Positions 31,901 to 39,693 are shown, numbered from the stretch's first letter. The stretch is DNA of 64,000 nucleotides from Thermoproteota archaeon (GCA_026986575.1 JALSOH010000009.1:64001-128000); one strand, 5' to 3'. Translations and numbers: made by a program. Notes: generated from the sequence alone by a model not told the origin.

Positions 31901-32675
31901 CGAGGGAGACCCTGTAAAGTCCCAGCATTACCGAGGAGTTCAGAGGTAACCTAGCTGTCCATGCATGATCTGAACGATTCAGTGGGAGGGCAATGGTCCT
32001 ATTGTCAGGAAAGATGACCGTGAGCTCCTCTTGGGTTGGGGGGATCGAGGTCACCCTGAAGACGACCACATCTCCCGGGAAGTACACCTTCCTCTCCAGC
32101 CCTAATGTCCCTCTTTGGGTTTCTGGGTTCATCTCACTCTTCCCATGTACTGACACCTCTTCAACGAGTTCTCCGGTCAGGTTCCCGCTGGTAGCCACTA
32201 TTTTAAGGGTGTAATTGCCCGCAGGGAGGCTGAATGGTTCTGTACTCCCGACCGAGGTCAGATGCATGGTACCTCCCGGGGTATTGACCGTTACGTTTGC
32301 TGAGAGCGGGGAACCCGTGAGCTCTGAGAAAGTCCTGACTACGAAGCCCTCATCTTCCTCCCTGAGCTCAACATCTATCCTGTCGAGAATGAAAGAATAG
32401 CTTCCATTGGTCCAAGCGATCTTGTATGCACCCAAGGGTAGGGAGCTGGTGTTCAGGACCAAGACATCACCAGCCCAAGAAGCGAATCCAGGTGGGGAAG
32501 AGGTATTGATGGTATATATCGTGCCGTTGGGGAAGACCAAGTTGACAGCAGTCTCAGGAACGTTCACCTCTAATAGAAGCCCGGGAGACATGATCACCGG
32601 AGCGCCTGAAACTGTGAGGTGAGGGAAGGCGACCTGGATCACAAGCAGAACAAGAAGGAAGGCTGCCCCCCTCAT
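22920..32675 (-). CDS. Giant (3251 aa) membrane-anchored surface protein/adhesin
   Basis: Signal peptide; repeated Ig/MG2-like units (LERKVYFPGDVV x2); SdrD-B-like unit; H-lectin-like repeats; GxxI-rich parallel beta-helix; DUF11-like units; C-terminal TM + RRRK + cytoplasmic tail. Confidence 0.9.
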   Translation of the reverse strand: MRGAAFLLVLLVIQVAFPHLTVSGAPVIMSPGLLLEVNVPETAVNLVFPNGTIYTINTSSPPGFASWAGDVLVLNTSSLPLGAYKIAWTNGSYSFILDRIDVELREEDEGFVVRTFSELTGSPLSANVTVNTPGGTMHLTSVGSTEPFSLPAGNYTLKIVATSGNLTGELVEEVSVHGKSEMNPETQRGTLGLERKVYFPGDVVVFRVTSIPPTQEELTVIFPDNRTIALPLNRSDHAWTARLPLNSSVMLGLYRVSLGNSTVDFYVDYYELNASYRDGLVRGTVSYYFVPPKEVRYRFSSGLEGDAEVINGTFTIPVPPSEREVELRCGNAHLSLPLVDEGVELERKVYFPGDVVIVRVRFEPSSANLVDPEGRIIPLVFEKSGDHWESTYPLNSSVLLGNYSVEVDGMEDHFIVDHYEFELTYEEDKGIVGRLEYQIIPPPFLSYEVEGVKGNTSVENGTFTIPVILSEGTHRVLLIAWGRPFPLILMVKRSPSWPSAGPQARGEGFSVAYDPTSKRIIVRSASPDRLTVKMLSMGIKALKKVVRRIGRLNISEYELPATSELLKRLGLPEEVLNTAVTSWRVNETAIRLEVRGKLEVNYRFSVKIPQGYRVGKIVGDDGRVIVNDIKVNRSTGEVEGEIRWYVDGGVLYFFDDPITGYDITLIPPSPNNSVAIEEVEAGQLSAIVFPYSQGDSSSTIASHDHAGRTEDNWANDIDADAGSKIAIRYTTDGGTRQYGNDGDFYRTANYFLTEVRRENVSANTVPNGMLESVIITEMQAQWSGYELNITQKTIIRDNKRWFATVYYLRNPTSGTYTNLRFFQGMDWNFNGDYYDDDSFYDSTNDVVYGYDGNAPPGEIEYGGFRAEQPSSLHEVDRYGTVWTDILYDRLTNSSSYYGDAGTALAWDRDSLAPGEVWAIPVIWGLGYDMNDMLDQINDGLSQLHDVGIKSIDTPENGSRVNPNVNATIWVNATAALYGIVDEENVPIKMTVEKIGGGYSSTQTKYVSLYVPHNETVRVSFLLDLSSLPLGTYNITVSSELSGDQNTSNDAKSVVIYITTFSVEPDQEKKVYPGSEAEYNVTAYNYDEEARFDVSIARSTKGWATELYEGDTLVAEDSDGDGAWDFIAVGYDSNVNGLPDLLLPVGETNLTVRKVVPSTAPMGEVDLTELNFTKISDTNIYDTVSLYTDTIHPGNVDKQFYLHGDSSHTLNTTTPTVTSSETTISSNSLDSWVQIPAFSDEFVISGDVSVTLYLRDDYAASHDVVVDLFYTDGSTAVAIGSVEQSLTLSTTSEEYSFVIPLSSQVSIPEDNYLVLRVKNQAPYPLYIAHDASHPSRVEVSTYTYIKVGDVETDQPDYSPGDTITVTANVSDPIGAYDISDVRITVFDQSDAVVLTDSMSLISEDPSSPPGWRLYRYQFSLANYGIYTVEVEAIESNGVVSTHNITVYVSWPIHGKVYEDFGLLGSLDSSDVGIPNVRVLLYRDDGDGVLDFGDKIIDAEVTDSSGRYTLHSIYDGRVFVVVDSSTLISVRGLNLGHTWSEVWAEQTFQTEWDGSSWKIVPKFGGKDPEVGDFENGQPEHYIQVEPSNYGGGSLDFGFSYEVVVNTLDRPAKGKRPVGEVFMIPGVGSSWTPVFTHYYYESPVVACTYNLPSSADNEAVVRLKNVGHYSFKVRIQNPSEKSVTPGDVYCLVMEEGGWELDDGRKVEAHRVVSDGTNDNNNWDSSLMEYISYYWSYTSPVVLGQVMSYNDSRWSVFWDCNGNRRDPPDSSLLYVGKHVGEDPITYRRSELLGVVIVEAGSGSTGGIGYEAQVGSDSVGGVSGGPGGSSPPYVYSLGGTYSVGVATQAAMDGPNGGWAVFYGSNPITSELKLSIDEDTLSDSERWHTSEQVAYWVFEAEGPIYARVDSSRYAQGSLRQFLVNANALKGYQRSYFVMTVDSNVEYAEAWRVEVNHSLGQLPALSDPSGTVLNGTVLNPDMTIRNSNAGTTGSVGVVGTGPDGIIGTGDECALAGVEKPELEIYGEGLDGYGIVINASNTWVSDLSVFGFGIDYPDGGILINGTDAISNVSLTHLLVGLTSIGDDPDSHGLQRNGAEGIEVISSGGPSFNVTSSLVAFNGYTGIHIEGGVFEGFIDGVEVFSNGLVNGVEDGISVEEGAGGLVLRCSYLHDNAAYGFDSWNGLGGNVIEEANLSGNGWAGESGEDGGVRIFGNGTLVNASVITGNYGPGVVVGNWSDGTRVSLNNSILINSIFSNGEVGIDLDTTHLSEPVGDNVTVNDGLLDPGQPNEGLDYPVILDFDYDPVSMTLHVTGYVNREDEYEGSPTFSNADVLIFLVNNTNGGDDLAGNNYSGDSQVSNYYGEGWIYLGSLQTDSGGEFSGTLDLSSLPDWARPDTSSSLTAVTHIDGIGSSEFGPVVKKKPVSVFVRKDIEPSSDCSLSVTLTASNLNPWPTTTKVYDVIPDGMVLTSPSETPQGSSGDVYWWLLTLGPSGSPEGTKSVSYTLTSLDCGSTDFQLSKALIVGVDPPSMPEVRVDEFLDVLFHYNGSYVVREHWGFLTVTNPTRDEISDVRIPIHAPGYEFYPDYPVPSMIAEEPPLRAERVGPGEYVRWRFTAPKDVAPPITLEEELTPGSMDCGEVREVELNIRLKSTQDVDEVEVMKPVSWATSVIGAAATAGTVGLDGGSVRWRLGPLHSGDVATLSLTLAVEAVEDLHIPDARVRMRSSHPPLLDLLGEIRYVGPASINIVKERVDGGYSIFVSFSNRAGDLSYNLTSICVYEGEPESGRLVFCENPGETIGPGSSWSSPAHLDSPASEFPSYYVVANFTGLSGVGGNLSFMTKVGEGFESAAILREPVIRCEGSVSTGRRPVNVTVTRAIPPLNVTTETPLGAPVKSGERKGGERIQGTETKATAPLLNVSSELVANLSLSKTCSPTEVEVGDPVVCWITVTNTGNVTARELFIVDEPTEGLLPLLVRGARGRQISWRIDKLSPGESRSFSFVFKASRVGAWANRAFLGNLTASFTIVVKPPEEETHLQKVGIYFGRGSMEYILRIRGPEGTTAVDELPEGMEVEEVLSHKGVDISIEGRELRISARNGTAVVFIVARYPRWIFGGNLTNRARVLGGPESSATLELRGLMRESMLGMISMPMSLLILLFIIFRRRKAMLIDYSALRDLIGRGDLPSFGLAISEATASKALSDPAVAPMVEKLISRGSLHVRVLDEDLVMKSLEVARNSGLDLWEAAELLLLSGGAGASQERR
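31612..32100. repeat. Intragenic direct repeat, 33 bp, period 456 bp
   Basis: ACATCTCCCGGGAAGTA(T/C)ACCTTCCTCTCCAGC at 31612-31644 and 32068-32100 (1 mismatch), marking a duplication of an about 152-aa module. Confidence 0.85.
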
Positions 32676-32679
32676 ACTA

Positions 32680-33438
32680 CTACCTCCTGAGCCTGACCAG
32701 GATGAGCACGAGAATCAGGAGTATTACCCCACCCCAGATGACGAAGTAACCATGGAAAGGCATAAGAGGGAGCGGGATCTGGCTGAACTCCACCGATATC
32801 TTGAAGGAACCTCTTGGTCCCGTTCCCGATATATCCCACGATCCACCCTCTGAAGGGGGATCAGAGAAGGTGATCCTTTGACCCAAGGGAGGTATCACCC
32901 TGAGTGTGCCCTCCTTCACCGTGTTGGACAGGGGTCCTAGGGAGAGATCCATCTCGTTGAAGAGAACCCCCTGAGCAATTGCCCCATCGACCCTGAAGAC
33001 CAACCTGATCCTCTCAACATCTCCCGGCTTTAGAGGTTGCCAAAGCGAGTACCTGATCGCGCGTGTCCCATTCCTATTGATGACTAGTGCCTCTATCTTC
33101 CTCCCTGTGTCTAAATTCTTGGCTCCCAATATGTTAATGCTCCCGTTCGAAGTCCTTTCAGAGGGGAGGGGCAATCCCAGGAAGGTTTCCCGCTGAGAGA
33201 CTGTGAGGGGAATCATTCCATACCCGGGTACTACCACGACCTTGCCCTCGTTCTTCAGGGCCGCCGTGAACTCTACCAAGGCTGAGCCGTTAGGAAGCGC
33301 CCTCACAACGACGTCCAATCTCTCGTACACCAAGGGATTGTATTCGGGAGGGAGCATCTGCTGGGCTCTGGCCATCATGGAGGAAGCAGCCAGTATAAGG
33401 AGGCACAGGATGACGAAGGGGCGCATCGGGGGACCCAC
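32680..33438 (-). CDS. Secreted single Ig-like-domain protein with a C-terminal membrane anchor
   Basis: Signal peptide, beta-rich body (LKPGDVERIRLVFRV), C-terminal TM + RLRR. Confidence 0.85.
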   Translation of the reverse strand: MGPPMRPFVILCLLILAASSMMARAQQMLPPEYNPLVYERLDVVVRALPNGSALVEFTAALKNEGKVVVVPGYGMIPLTVSQRETFLGLPLPSERTSNGSINILGAKNLDTGRKIEALVINRNGTRAIRYSLWQPLKPGDVERIRLVFRVDGAIAQGVLFNEMDLSLGPLSNTVKEGTLRVIPPLGQRITFSDPPSEGGSWDISGTGPRGSFKISVEFSQIPLPLMPFHGYFVIWGGVILLILVLILVRLRR

Positions 33439-33472
33439 CCTGATTCAATAAAAATGTGGATGGGGATGAGAA

Positions 33473-35641
33473 TCAGGAGTCCATGAACATGCTGTGATCT
33501 CTCGCTCCTCTCCTCGATCGCCTTCTGATTTCCATCACAGCCTCGGCAGATATGAGCACTACGGCTAGGAGGAACATCCACGGCTCTAGGTTGAATGAGG
33601 CAACTTCCATTCCTGTGAAGGGTGTGAACACAGAGTTGACATCTAAGGTGTTTCTCGGATCCACACCAACCACGAAGATGTCCGTCACATTGTAGTCACC
33701 GCTTCCCAGAACGCAATAGTGCACGAAAACTGGGTTATAGACATCTATGTCTAAGTTGTCGTAATGTCCCTTGGCGGTCACGACAACGTACCCGCCACCG
33801 GTGGCAACTGAATCCTGTACGAGCTCCACCTTGAAGTAGGTGTCGGCAGCATCATCAGACGAATCGGCAAGGAACTCCTCTCCCTCGGTGTAGCTGGTGG
33901 AGTTTATGCTCACTGTGCTGGTGTCTATCACCTGCACATCCCAGCTCCTAGTGCTGCCGTCCTTCATGGTGACCGTGATAGTCTTAGTTGTGCTGGTGTC
34001 CGGGAACCACTCGGCGAACCCGCGCTGGACCGGCAGCGGATAGACCTTCCAGACGTAACCCTTGGTGTATCCTGACGGGCTGGTTATCAGAGAGTAGTCC
34101 GGTGGACTACTGGGGTTGGCGTCCTGAGCTAGCATGCTCAGCGGATAGAACTTCATGTTACCCTCGGTCGCTGATGGGTTGGGCTGGAATCCTTGGGGAA
34201 CTAGGTCGTAAAACTCTACGTATGGAGTCATCCATTCTCCGATGTTCTCAAGTCTTATTCCAATGCAGTACTCACCACTTGTCGCCCCCGGCCTTATCTC
34301 CTTCCTGGCCTTCACCAAGTAACCCTTAACAACCCACACCTTCTCGACGACCGTGTAGTTCGTCTCATCCCCCACCTCGAAAACAGTGGCATTGGTGTAG
34401 TTCATCCATCCGTAGGTCTCGTCCCTCTGTATTCTGGCCTTGAAGAGAGCCCATACCTTCGGAACGAGGTTGTAGGTGAAAGAGTGAGGTCCGTAGGAAT
34501 ACGAGGTGGAGGTCTCTCCAGGTCCTATGGTCGTGATGGGACTTCCCTGCTGAGTGTTGCGGCTCCCATCGACGGTGGTGCTGCTAGGAGTGTTTCCTTG
34601 GGTTGCCCAGATTGTTGTGTTCAGCACCTCGTAGTCGAAGACTCCACTGGTGTCGTAAACGACCATGGTCTCGTACCACGTCGTTGGATTCGTCGTATCC
34701 TGCTCCTTCTTCACCTCTAAGCTGGACTTGCCTATCGCGTAGACATAACCCACCCTAGTATCCGTAATAGGCTCATCCGTGGTGAAGTATACGTAGATTC
34801 TTCCCAGCTCCACTTTCTGAGTGGATCCACCGACCTCGCTCAGGTCTGGTGTGCCCTGAACTTGGAACGGTGATGTGAAAGTTATTGAATCACCAGCAGC
34901 CACCGTTATGTACGTGCCCGGCCAGTTACCATCGCCGGTCCAGTAAAGGGTCTTACCATCCCCAGAGAGAGATGTGGCTCCGGCGCTGGGGGTTCCCGCA
35001 CTGGAGAACACGGGATTGCCGGAAGCATCGGCCCAACCATCTCCGGCGGTGTTATCAGGGGAGAGGACCTTCTTCACCTTGACATTGACGTCGCTGCTGA
35101 ATCCATTCGTGAGGGTAACCTCTATGGAGATGGTGGATGTCTGTCCGTCCACTATCTTCGCCGGAGAGTAGGTCTCGCTTATTCCTATGGGAGGGCAACC
35201 AGTGAATGTGGTCACCTCGTACTTGAAGAGGACGCTGTCTCCGGGATGCAGCTCAGTTATGTGCCACCATTCGTAATCCGAAGCGGTTCCGAAGCCGGAA
35301 GAGGGATAGGTATTTATCACCCAAGAGGGCGGGGCCTCCTTCACGACCGTTGCATAGGCTGGGGAGCTGCTGAGAGATACCCTATCGGCGGGCTTCACGG
35401 GGAACCAGATATCGTAAACGGACTCACCTGCGTTATTCTTAACCGTTATAAAACCAGTGACATTCCAAGGACCGCACCTCACACCCACGCCATCCGCCTC
35501 CAAGCTGGCATTTACGTACTCCTTAACGTAAACACTGAGGGGCGCATCAGGCGAAGCGGAGACAGGTAATGTAACAATGGACGGTGAAAGCATTATTATT
35601 ATGGCCATGACTGCCGTCAATATAGACCATCTTTTCCGCAT
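33473..35641 (-). CDS. 722-aa secreted, S/T-rich multi-Ig surface protein with a C-terminal anchor (candidate major subunit)
   Basis: Signal peptide, beta-rich domains, N-x-S/T sites, VVGVDP motif, then TM + RRRSRR; first gene of the operon after an AT-rich promoter region. Confidence 0.88.
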   Translation of the reverse strand: MRKRWSILTAVMAIIIMLSPSIVTLPVSASPDAPLSVYVKEYVNASLEADGVGVRCGPWNVTGFITVKNNAGESVYDIWFPVKPADRVSLSSSPAYATVVKEAPPSWVINTYPSSGFGTASDYEWWHITELHPGDSVLFKYEVTTFTGCPPIGISETYSPAKIVDGQTSTISIEVTLTNGFSSDVNVKVKKVLSPDNTAGDGWADASGNPVFSSAGTPSAGATSLSGDGKTLYWTGDGNWPGTYITVAAGDSITFTSPFQVQGTPDLSEVGGSTQKVELGRIYVYFTTDEPITDTRVGYVYAIGKSSLEVKKEQDTTNPTTWYETMVVYDTSGVFDYEVLNTTIWATQGNTPSSTTVDGSRNTQQGSPITTIGPGETSTSYSYGPHSFTYNLVPKVWALFKARIQRDETYGWMNYTNATVFEVGDETNYTVVEKVWVVKGYLVKARKEIRPGATSGEYCIGIRLENIGEWMTPYVEFYDLVPQGFQPNPSATEGNMKFYPLSMLAQDANPSSPPDYSLITSPSGYTKGYVWKVYPLPVQRGFAEWFPDTSTTKTITVTMKDGSTRSWDVQVIDTSTVSINSTSYTEGEEFLADSSDDAADTYFKVELVQDSVATGGGYVVVTAKGHYDNLDIDVYNPVFVHYCVLGSGDYNVTDIFVVGVDPRNTLDVNSVFTPFTGMEVASFNLEPWMFLLAVVLISAEAVMEIRRRSRRGARDHSMFMDS

Positions 35642-36079
35642 ATCATATCCCTCCTACATTTTGCGGATACGAGATTTTTGCAAGATCACCCGGAAATATT
35701 GAAGAGGATGTCGGCAAGCTATACTATAAGCGTTTTCGTTCCAATTCCCCCTAGGAATTTTCAGTTCGAAGAATTAATGCATTTCGTAGATTTTCTCACG
35801 AAATTAGAGTAAATTAAAGTCTTAATAAATCGACTTTGAAGTATAGCCTAAAATGATATATCGATAAAATGTTCATTTTTTCACCAAAGAATGTTTTAGA
35901 AAACATTGTAGTTTTGGCAAGTTGCCTATATCGATTAATGGATTAGAAACGCGTTTTAATCCTGAAAAGACCCTCTTAATAGGGCCGGGAAGCTAGACCC
36001 GTATTAACTTGGAGAGCTCACAATTATAAGCCCTACTGATGCCCACGAGTGGGTTTACTCCCTAAAATTTTTAGGATAC
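35642..36079. promoter_or_regulatory. AT-rich divergent promoter region with a palindrome
   Basis: Marked AT enrichment, several TATA-like tracts, AATGTTTT-AG-AAAACATT at 35890-35907. Confidence 0.55.
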
Positions 36080-37897
36080 ATGGAGGCTGGGCCATTCGAG
36101 GTAATCTGGATGAGAAAGGTAATTCCTCCATTGGAGGAGATCACTCCGGAAGTCTTCAAGGAGACCTTCCTCAAAATTCTGGATGTGAAGAGATCGGCTG
36201 GCCTACAGCCTATCTTGGACAATCCTCCGGATCTTTTCGAAAGGGCGAAGATGTACGGGACTCGGTATAAGAACGGTTCATGGAATTGGGCTTCGAACAT
36301 TTGGAGCCGCTCCGCCAAGAACACTGTCGTCATAGAGGACGATGAAGAGCTTAAGGAGGAGCACAAGCTGCTAATGATGAGGGTCTTGGAACACATCCTT
36401 GCCCAAGGGCCCCTGATTAAGGTCGATGGTTACGTGGGCAAGCCGGGCACAAAGGCACAGATGCATGCTCGCGTCTACGTTGATCCCCAATTCCCCGACC
36501 TAGCCTACCGATGGAAACAGCTGGTTTTCGACGCACCACCTGAAGAGGACCCGGATGTGGAAGTGTTTGCCGTGCCTCACTACCTAGGAAACCCCAACAT
36601 ACCCGGGACGGATCGCATGCTCATGGTGATGAGGTTCCCCCATCACAACTTCACCATAATAACGGTCTCATCCTATCAAGGCGAGATCAAGAAGGCCGTT
36701 CTCACCCACTGGATCTACCATGTGTATAAGAGGGGTGGGACTGGAGAGCATGCTGCTCTGAGGGAATTTTCGGTAAAGACAGTTGATGGAGGGTGGAAGC
36801 GCATTGTAATGGCCGTATGGGGCCTCACAGGGACTGGAAAGTCAACTCACGGCCTCTACGTCTGGACCCCGAACAACTCCAAGGTGTACGAGAGGGAGTT
36901 CGGCCTGAATCCTCTCGACTACGTCAAGGATCAGGTGATCAAGAACGATGACATAGTGGCGATATTCGAGGACAGGGTGATAGGCTCAGAGAGGGGATCT
37001 TGGACCAAGACCGAGGACCTAACGCCGGAGCAGGAGGCCATGTGGAGGGCCGCTACGAGCCCGCATGCTTTACACGAGAACACGGAGTTCGACGAGAACG
37101 GCTATCCCTCATTCAAGGGAGAGCTCTTCCAGTATTTCGGGAGGCCCAACAGGAACTCTCGCTCCGTCCTGAGGCTCGAGGACACTGGCTACTTCGACGG
37201 CGACGTGGAGTCTTCAGGTCCGCTCAACTTCGCCGTATTCCTCAGCCCAGGCTACTTCACCGAGTGGGCTTGGATGAAGGTGGAGGATCCGGCCTTGGCT
37301 GCGAAGATCTTGGCTGATGGGCGAACTATAGGGCACCCGGCCCAGTCCAAGGAGGTTGTGGGGAAGCTCAGGTACGTAGCTAGATTTGCCCAGCCGTTCA
37401 CGATGGGAGTGCCCAACACCGCCCATGTGGTCAGGTTCTACGAGTACCTCAAGAGGAGGATCGAGCAGGGCGATCCCATCCAGGTGTACGTGTTCAACAA
37501 TACCGGTCGCATAATAGCGAAGTACAGGTGGGTGAGGATGAAGCTGGGGGACAGAGAGATAGAGGCTCCTGAACCCATACTGGTGGAGAAGAACGGGATA
37601 CCGAAGGCAGTGGGCGGTGAGAGGCCCACGATAGAGGAGACAGAGCTCTTCATACTGCAGGCGGCCAGGGGAGCGGTGAAGTACAGGCTCCATCCGGTTT
37701 GGGGCGAGAAGGTGTTAGTGCCGGAGGAGGTGCCTGGCCTCACCCAAGAGAGGTTGAAGCAGCTGGACCCGACCACCTACCTCGACATGGACGAGTTTAA
37801 GAGGCTGCTGAGGGCCCAGATAGAGGTGAGCAAGTACTATCTGGACAGGAACTGCCCCAGCCTTCCCAAGGAGATATACGAGGCCATGGACTTCTAG
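36080..37897 (+). CDS. pckA: Phosphoenolpyruvate carboxykinase (ATP-type-like, divergent); start may be 36110
   Basis: YQGEIKK, GEHAA, WGLTGTGKST P-loop, KNDD kinase-2, LHEN, RNSRS, NNTG. Confidence 0.8.
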   Translation: MEAGPFEVIWMRKVIPPLEEITPEVFKETFLKILDVKRSAGLQPILDNPPDLFERAKMYGTRYKNGSWNWASNIWSRSAKNTVVIEDDEELKEEHKLLMMRVLEHILAQGPLIKVDGYVGKPGTKAQMHARVYVDPQFPDLAYRWKQLVFDAPPEEDPDVEVFAVPHYLGNPNIPGTDRMLMVMRFPHHNFTIITVSSYQGEIKKAVLTHWIYHVYKRGGTGEHAALREFSVKTVDGGWKRIVMAVWGLTGTGKSTHGLYVWTPNNSKVYEREFGLNPLDYVKDQVIKNDDIVAIFEDRVIGSERGSWTKTEDLTPEQEAMWRAATSPHALHENTEFDENGYPSFKGELFQYFGRPNRNSRSVLRLEDTGYFDGDVESSGPLNFAVFLSPGYFTEWAWMKVEDPALAAKILADGRTIGHPAQSKEVVGKLRYVARFAQPFTMGVPNTAHVVRFYEYLKRRIEQGDPIQVYVFNNTGRIIAKYRWVRMKLGDREIEAPEPILVEKNGIPKAVGGERPTIEETELFILQAARGAVKYRLHPVWGEKVLVPEEVPGLTQERLKQLDPTTYLDMDEFKRLLRAQIEVSKYYLDRNCPSLPKEIYEAMDF

Positions 37898-38189
37898 CTT
37901 CCTCCCTTTCGTGGTCTCTTCAACTGCACTGGAGAGAACACGCTCTCGGGAAGGAATTTCCAAAACAGGTTGAATACCTCCCTTAAGGGCAAGGAAGCTG
38001 AAATGGAGCTAGCCGATCTTAGCTAGTGAGATTCTCGGATCTCTGAAGTCCGATGGATCAGTCACCTGAGGAGGGCGCGTTAATTCATAGAGGCAAGATC
38101 CAACTCCATGCGGGTGAAATTACTACCAAATATCGTGGAAACATGGTAATTCTAAAATAAGCTACCATGATAATATCTGTGATGGAACT

Positions 38190-38429
38190 ATGAAGAAGTA
38201 TGTGGTAGTGAAGAGAGTGGATGACCAAGGAAGAATAGTCCTCCCAGCGGATTGGAGGAAGGAAGTACTGGAGGGAGGGGAGGTCTTCGTAGTGAGGGAG
38301 GGGAACATCCTCAAGATCATACCCAAGAGGAAGCCGGATCTCACCAAATACTTCGACAGTGTGGATCTGGGGGTGGAACAGATACTAGACTGGGATGAAT
38401 TCGAGAGGGAGTGGTATGAGATTTCTTGA
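38190..38429 (+). CDS. AbrB/MazE-type antitoxin
   Basis: KRVDDQGRIVLPADWR. Confidence 0.9.
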   Translation: MKKYVVVKRVDDQGRIVLPADWRKEVLEGGEVFVVREGNILKIIPKRKPDLTKYFDSVDLGVEQILDWDEFEREWYEIS

Positions 38430-38844
38430 CGCCAACATCTTCATCTACGCCTTCTACAAGCCGAGAGGAAGGATCGATCCGAAGGCCAGGTCGATGAAAG
38501 AGGCGGCCAAGGACATCGTGAGGAAGATTAGTGAAGGCGAAGAAGAGGTAGTCACGACCGTAGTGCACATAAGTGAAGTGAACAATATTCTGAAGAGATC
38601 TCTCAACCCTGAAAGACTTCAAAATCTTCTCTTAGATCTCCTCTCCCTAGATAACCTCCGTGTAGTGGAAGTGAGCTTGGAGGACTATATAGCCTCGATA
38701 TCAATGATCTCCGAGACCGGGCTGGACGCTAACGACTGCCTAGCCCTAAGAGTCATGGAGGGGATGGGGATAAGGGAGATATATTCCTTCGACAAGGGGT
38801 TTGAGAGATTCGCTGTGAGGCTCCCTGAGGTACCTGAGATGTGA
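38416..38844 (+). CDS. vapC: PIN-domain toxin (VapC)
   Basis: MRFLDANIF...SEV...DANDCL...IYSFDKGF. Confidence 0.92.
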   Translation: MRFLDANIFIYAFYKPRGRIDPKARSMKEAAKDIVRKISEGEEEVVTTVVHISEVNNILKRSLNPERLQNLLLDLLSLDNLRVVEVSLEDYIASISMISETGLDANDCLALRVMEGMGIREIYSFDKGFERFAVRLPEVPEM

Positions 38845-38979
38845 GGCTACTCGACGGTTTCGTGTGCAATAATCCACCGGTGAAGCGCCCTCGGGTCAGC
38901 CCCCTGCTTCACCTAATTACATTCACGCCTCCACTGCGTCCGGACCGGAAACCTTTTTCAGCTCCGTTATCTCCCCTAG

Positions 38980-39693
38980 ATGATGCCAGCCCAATTCTAC
39001 CCTCTACCGCTCAAGAATCTCTACAGGTTAGCGGTCTCGCTGGAGAATCCATCTCCAGAAGAGGTGAAGTCAAAGCTCCGGTTGAAGAGCAAGAGGACGG
39101 CCTCCCAGTACATCAAGACCCTCTCATGGATCAGAGAGAGGGTCAAGAACTTCAGCTCACTCGAGGACTTCTCGAACGAGCTGATCTCAGTTCTGGCGGA
39201 AGAGTACAACTTGATGAGGGCGATAGAATCACTCTCCAAGGGAATGATCCCCTTAACCCCTGCCAGCCTCTCATCGGCCCTCAGGAAGGAGGGAAAGAGG
39301 GTATCGAGCACAGAGGCGAGGGCCATAATCTCGTGGCTCAAGCAGGCCGACGCCCTCAAGGAGAGGAAGGTGCCCGTCCTCACCCTGACTAGAGAGGACA
39401 AAGTGCTTGAGGAGGTGAGAAGCAAGGGGTCCGTCACTTACGGGACGCTCAGGAAGGCTTTTGGGGATGAGGTCAGGGACGTGATAGTCTCCCTGTGGAG
39501 GAAGGGCCTGATATCCGTTCCAGTGCTGGAGAAGCACAGGGACGTGTTGGAGGAGGCTGAGGACCTTGATAGACTTCCCGGGAACCTCAAGGGCAGGATC
39601 TTCGCAACTTGGCAGGATAGGATAACTGGAGAGACTTTCAGCGAGCTAGTGATCCCCTCTAGGGCCAAAGTAGAGGCCAGGTGGTCCTTTTGA
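38980..39693 (+). CDS. Hypothetical basic protein with probable tandem wHTH domains
   Basis: Helix-turn-helix-like segments (SPEEVKSKLRLKSKRTASQYIKTL; VTYGTLRKAFGDEVRDVIVSLWRKGLI); overlaps the next gene by 13 bp. Confidence 0.7.
   Translation: MMPAQFYPLPLKNLYRLAVSLENPSPEEVKSKLRLKSKRTASQYIKTLSWIRERVKNFSSLEDFSNELISVLAEEYNLMRAIESLSKGMIPLTPASLSSALRKEGKRVSSTEARAIISWLKQADALKERKVPVLTLTREDKVLEEVRSKGSVTYGTLRKAFGDEVRDVIVSLWRKGLISVPVLEKHRDVLEEAEDLDRLPGNLKGRIFATWQDRITGETFSELVIPSRAKVEARWSF

Noticed and set aside
22920-35641. Many plus-strand ORFs of 60-175 aa opposite the surface genes
   Set aside because: Antisense shadows of long, well-formed minus-strand genes; no motifs or RBS. The same applies to most short overlapping ORFs elsewhere in the track.
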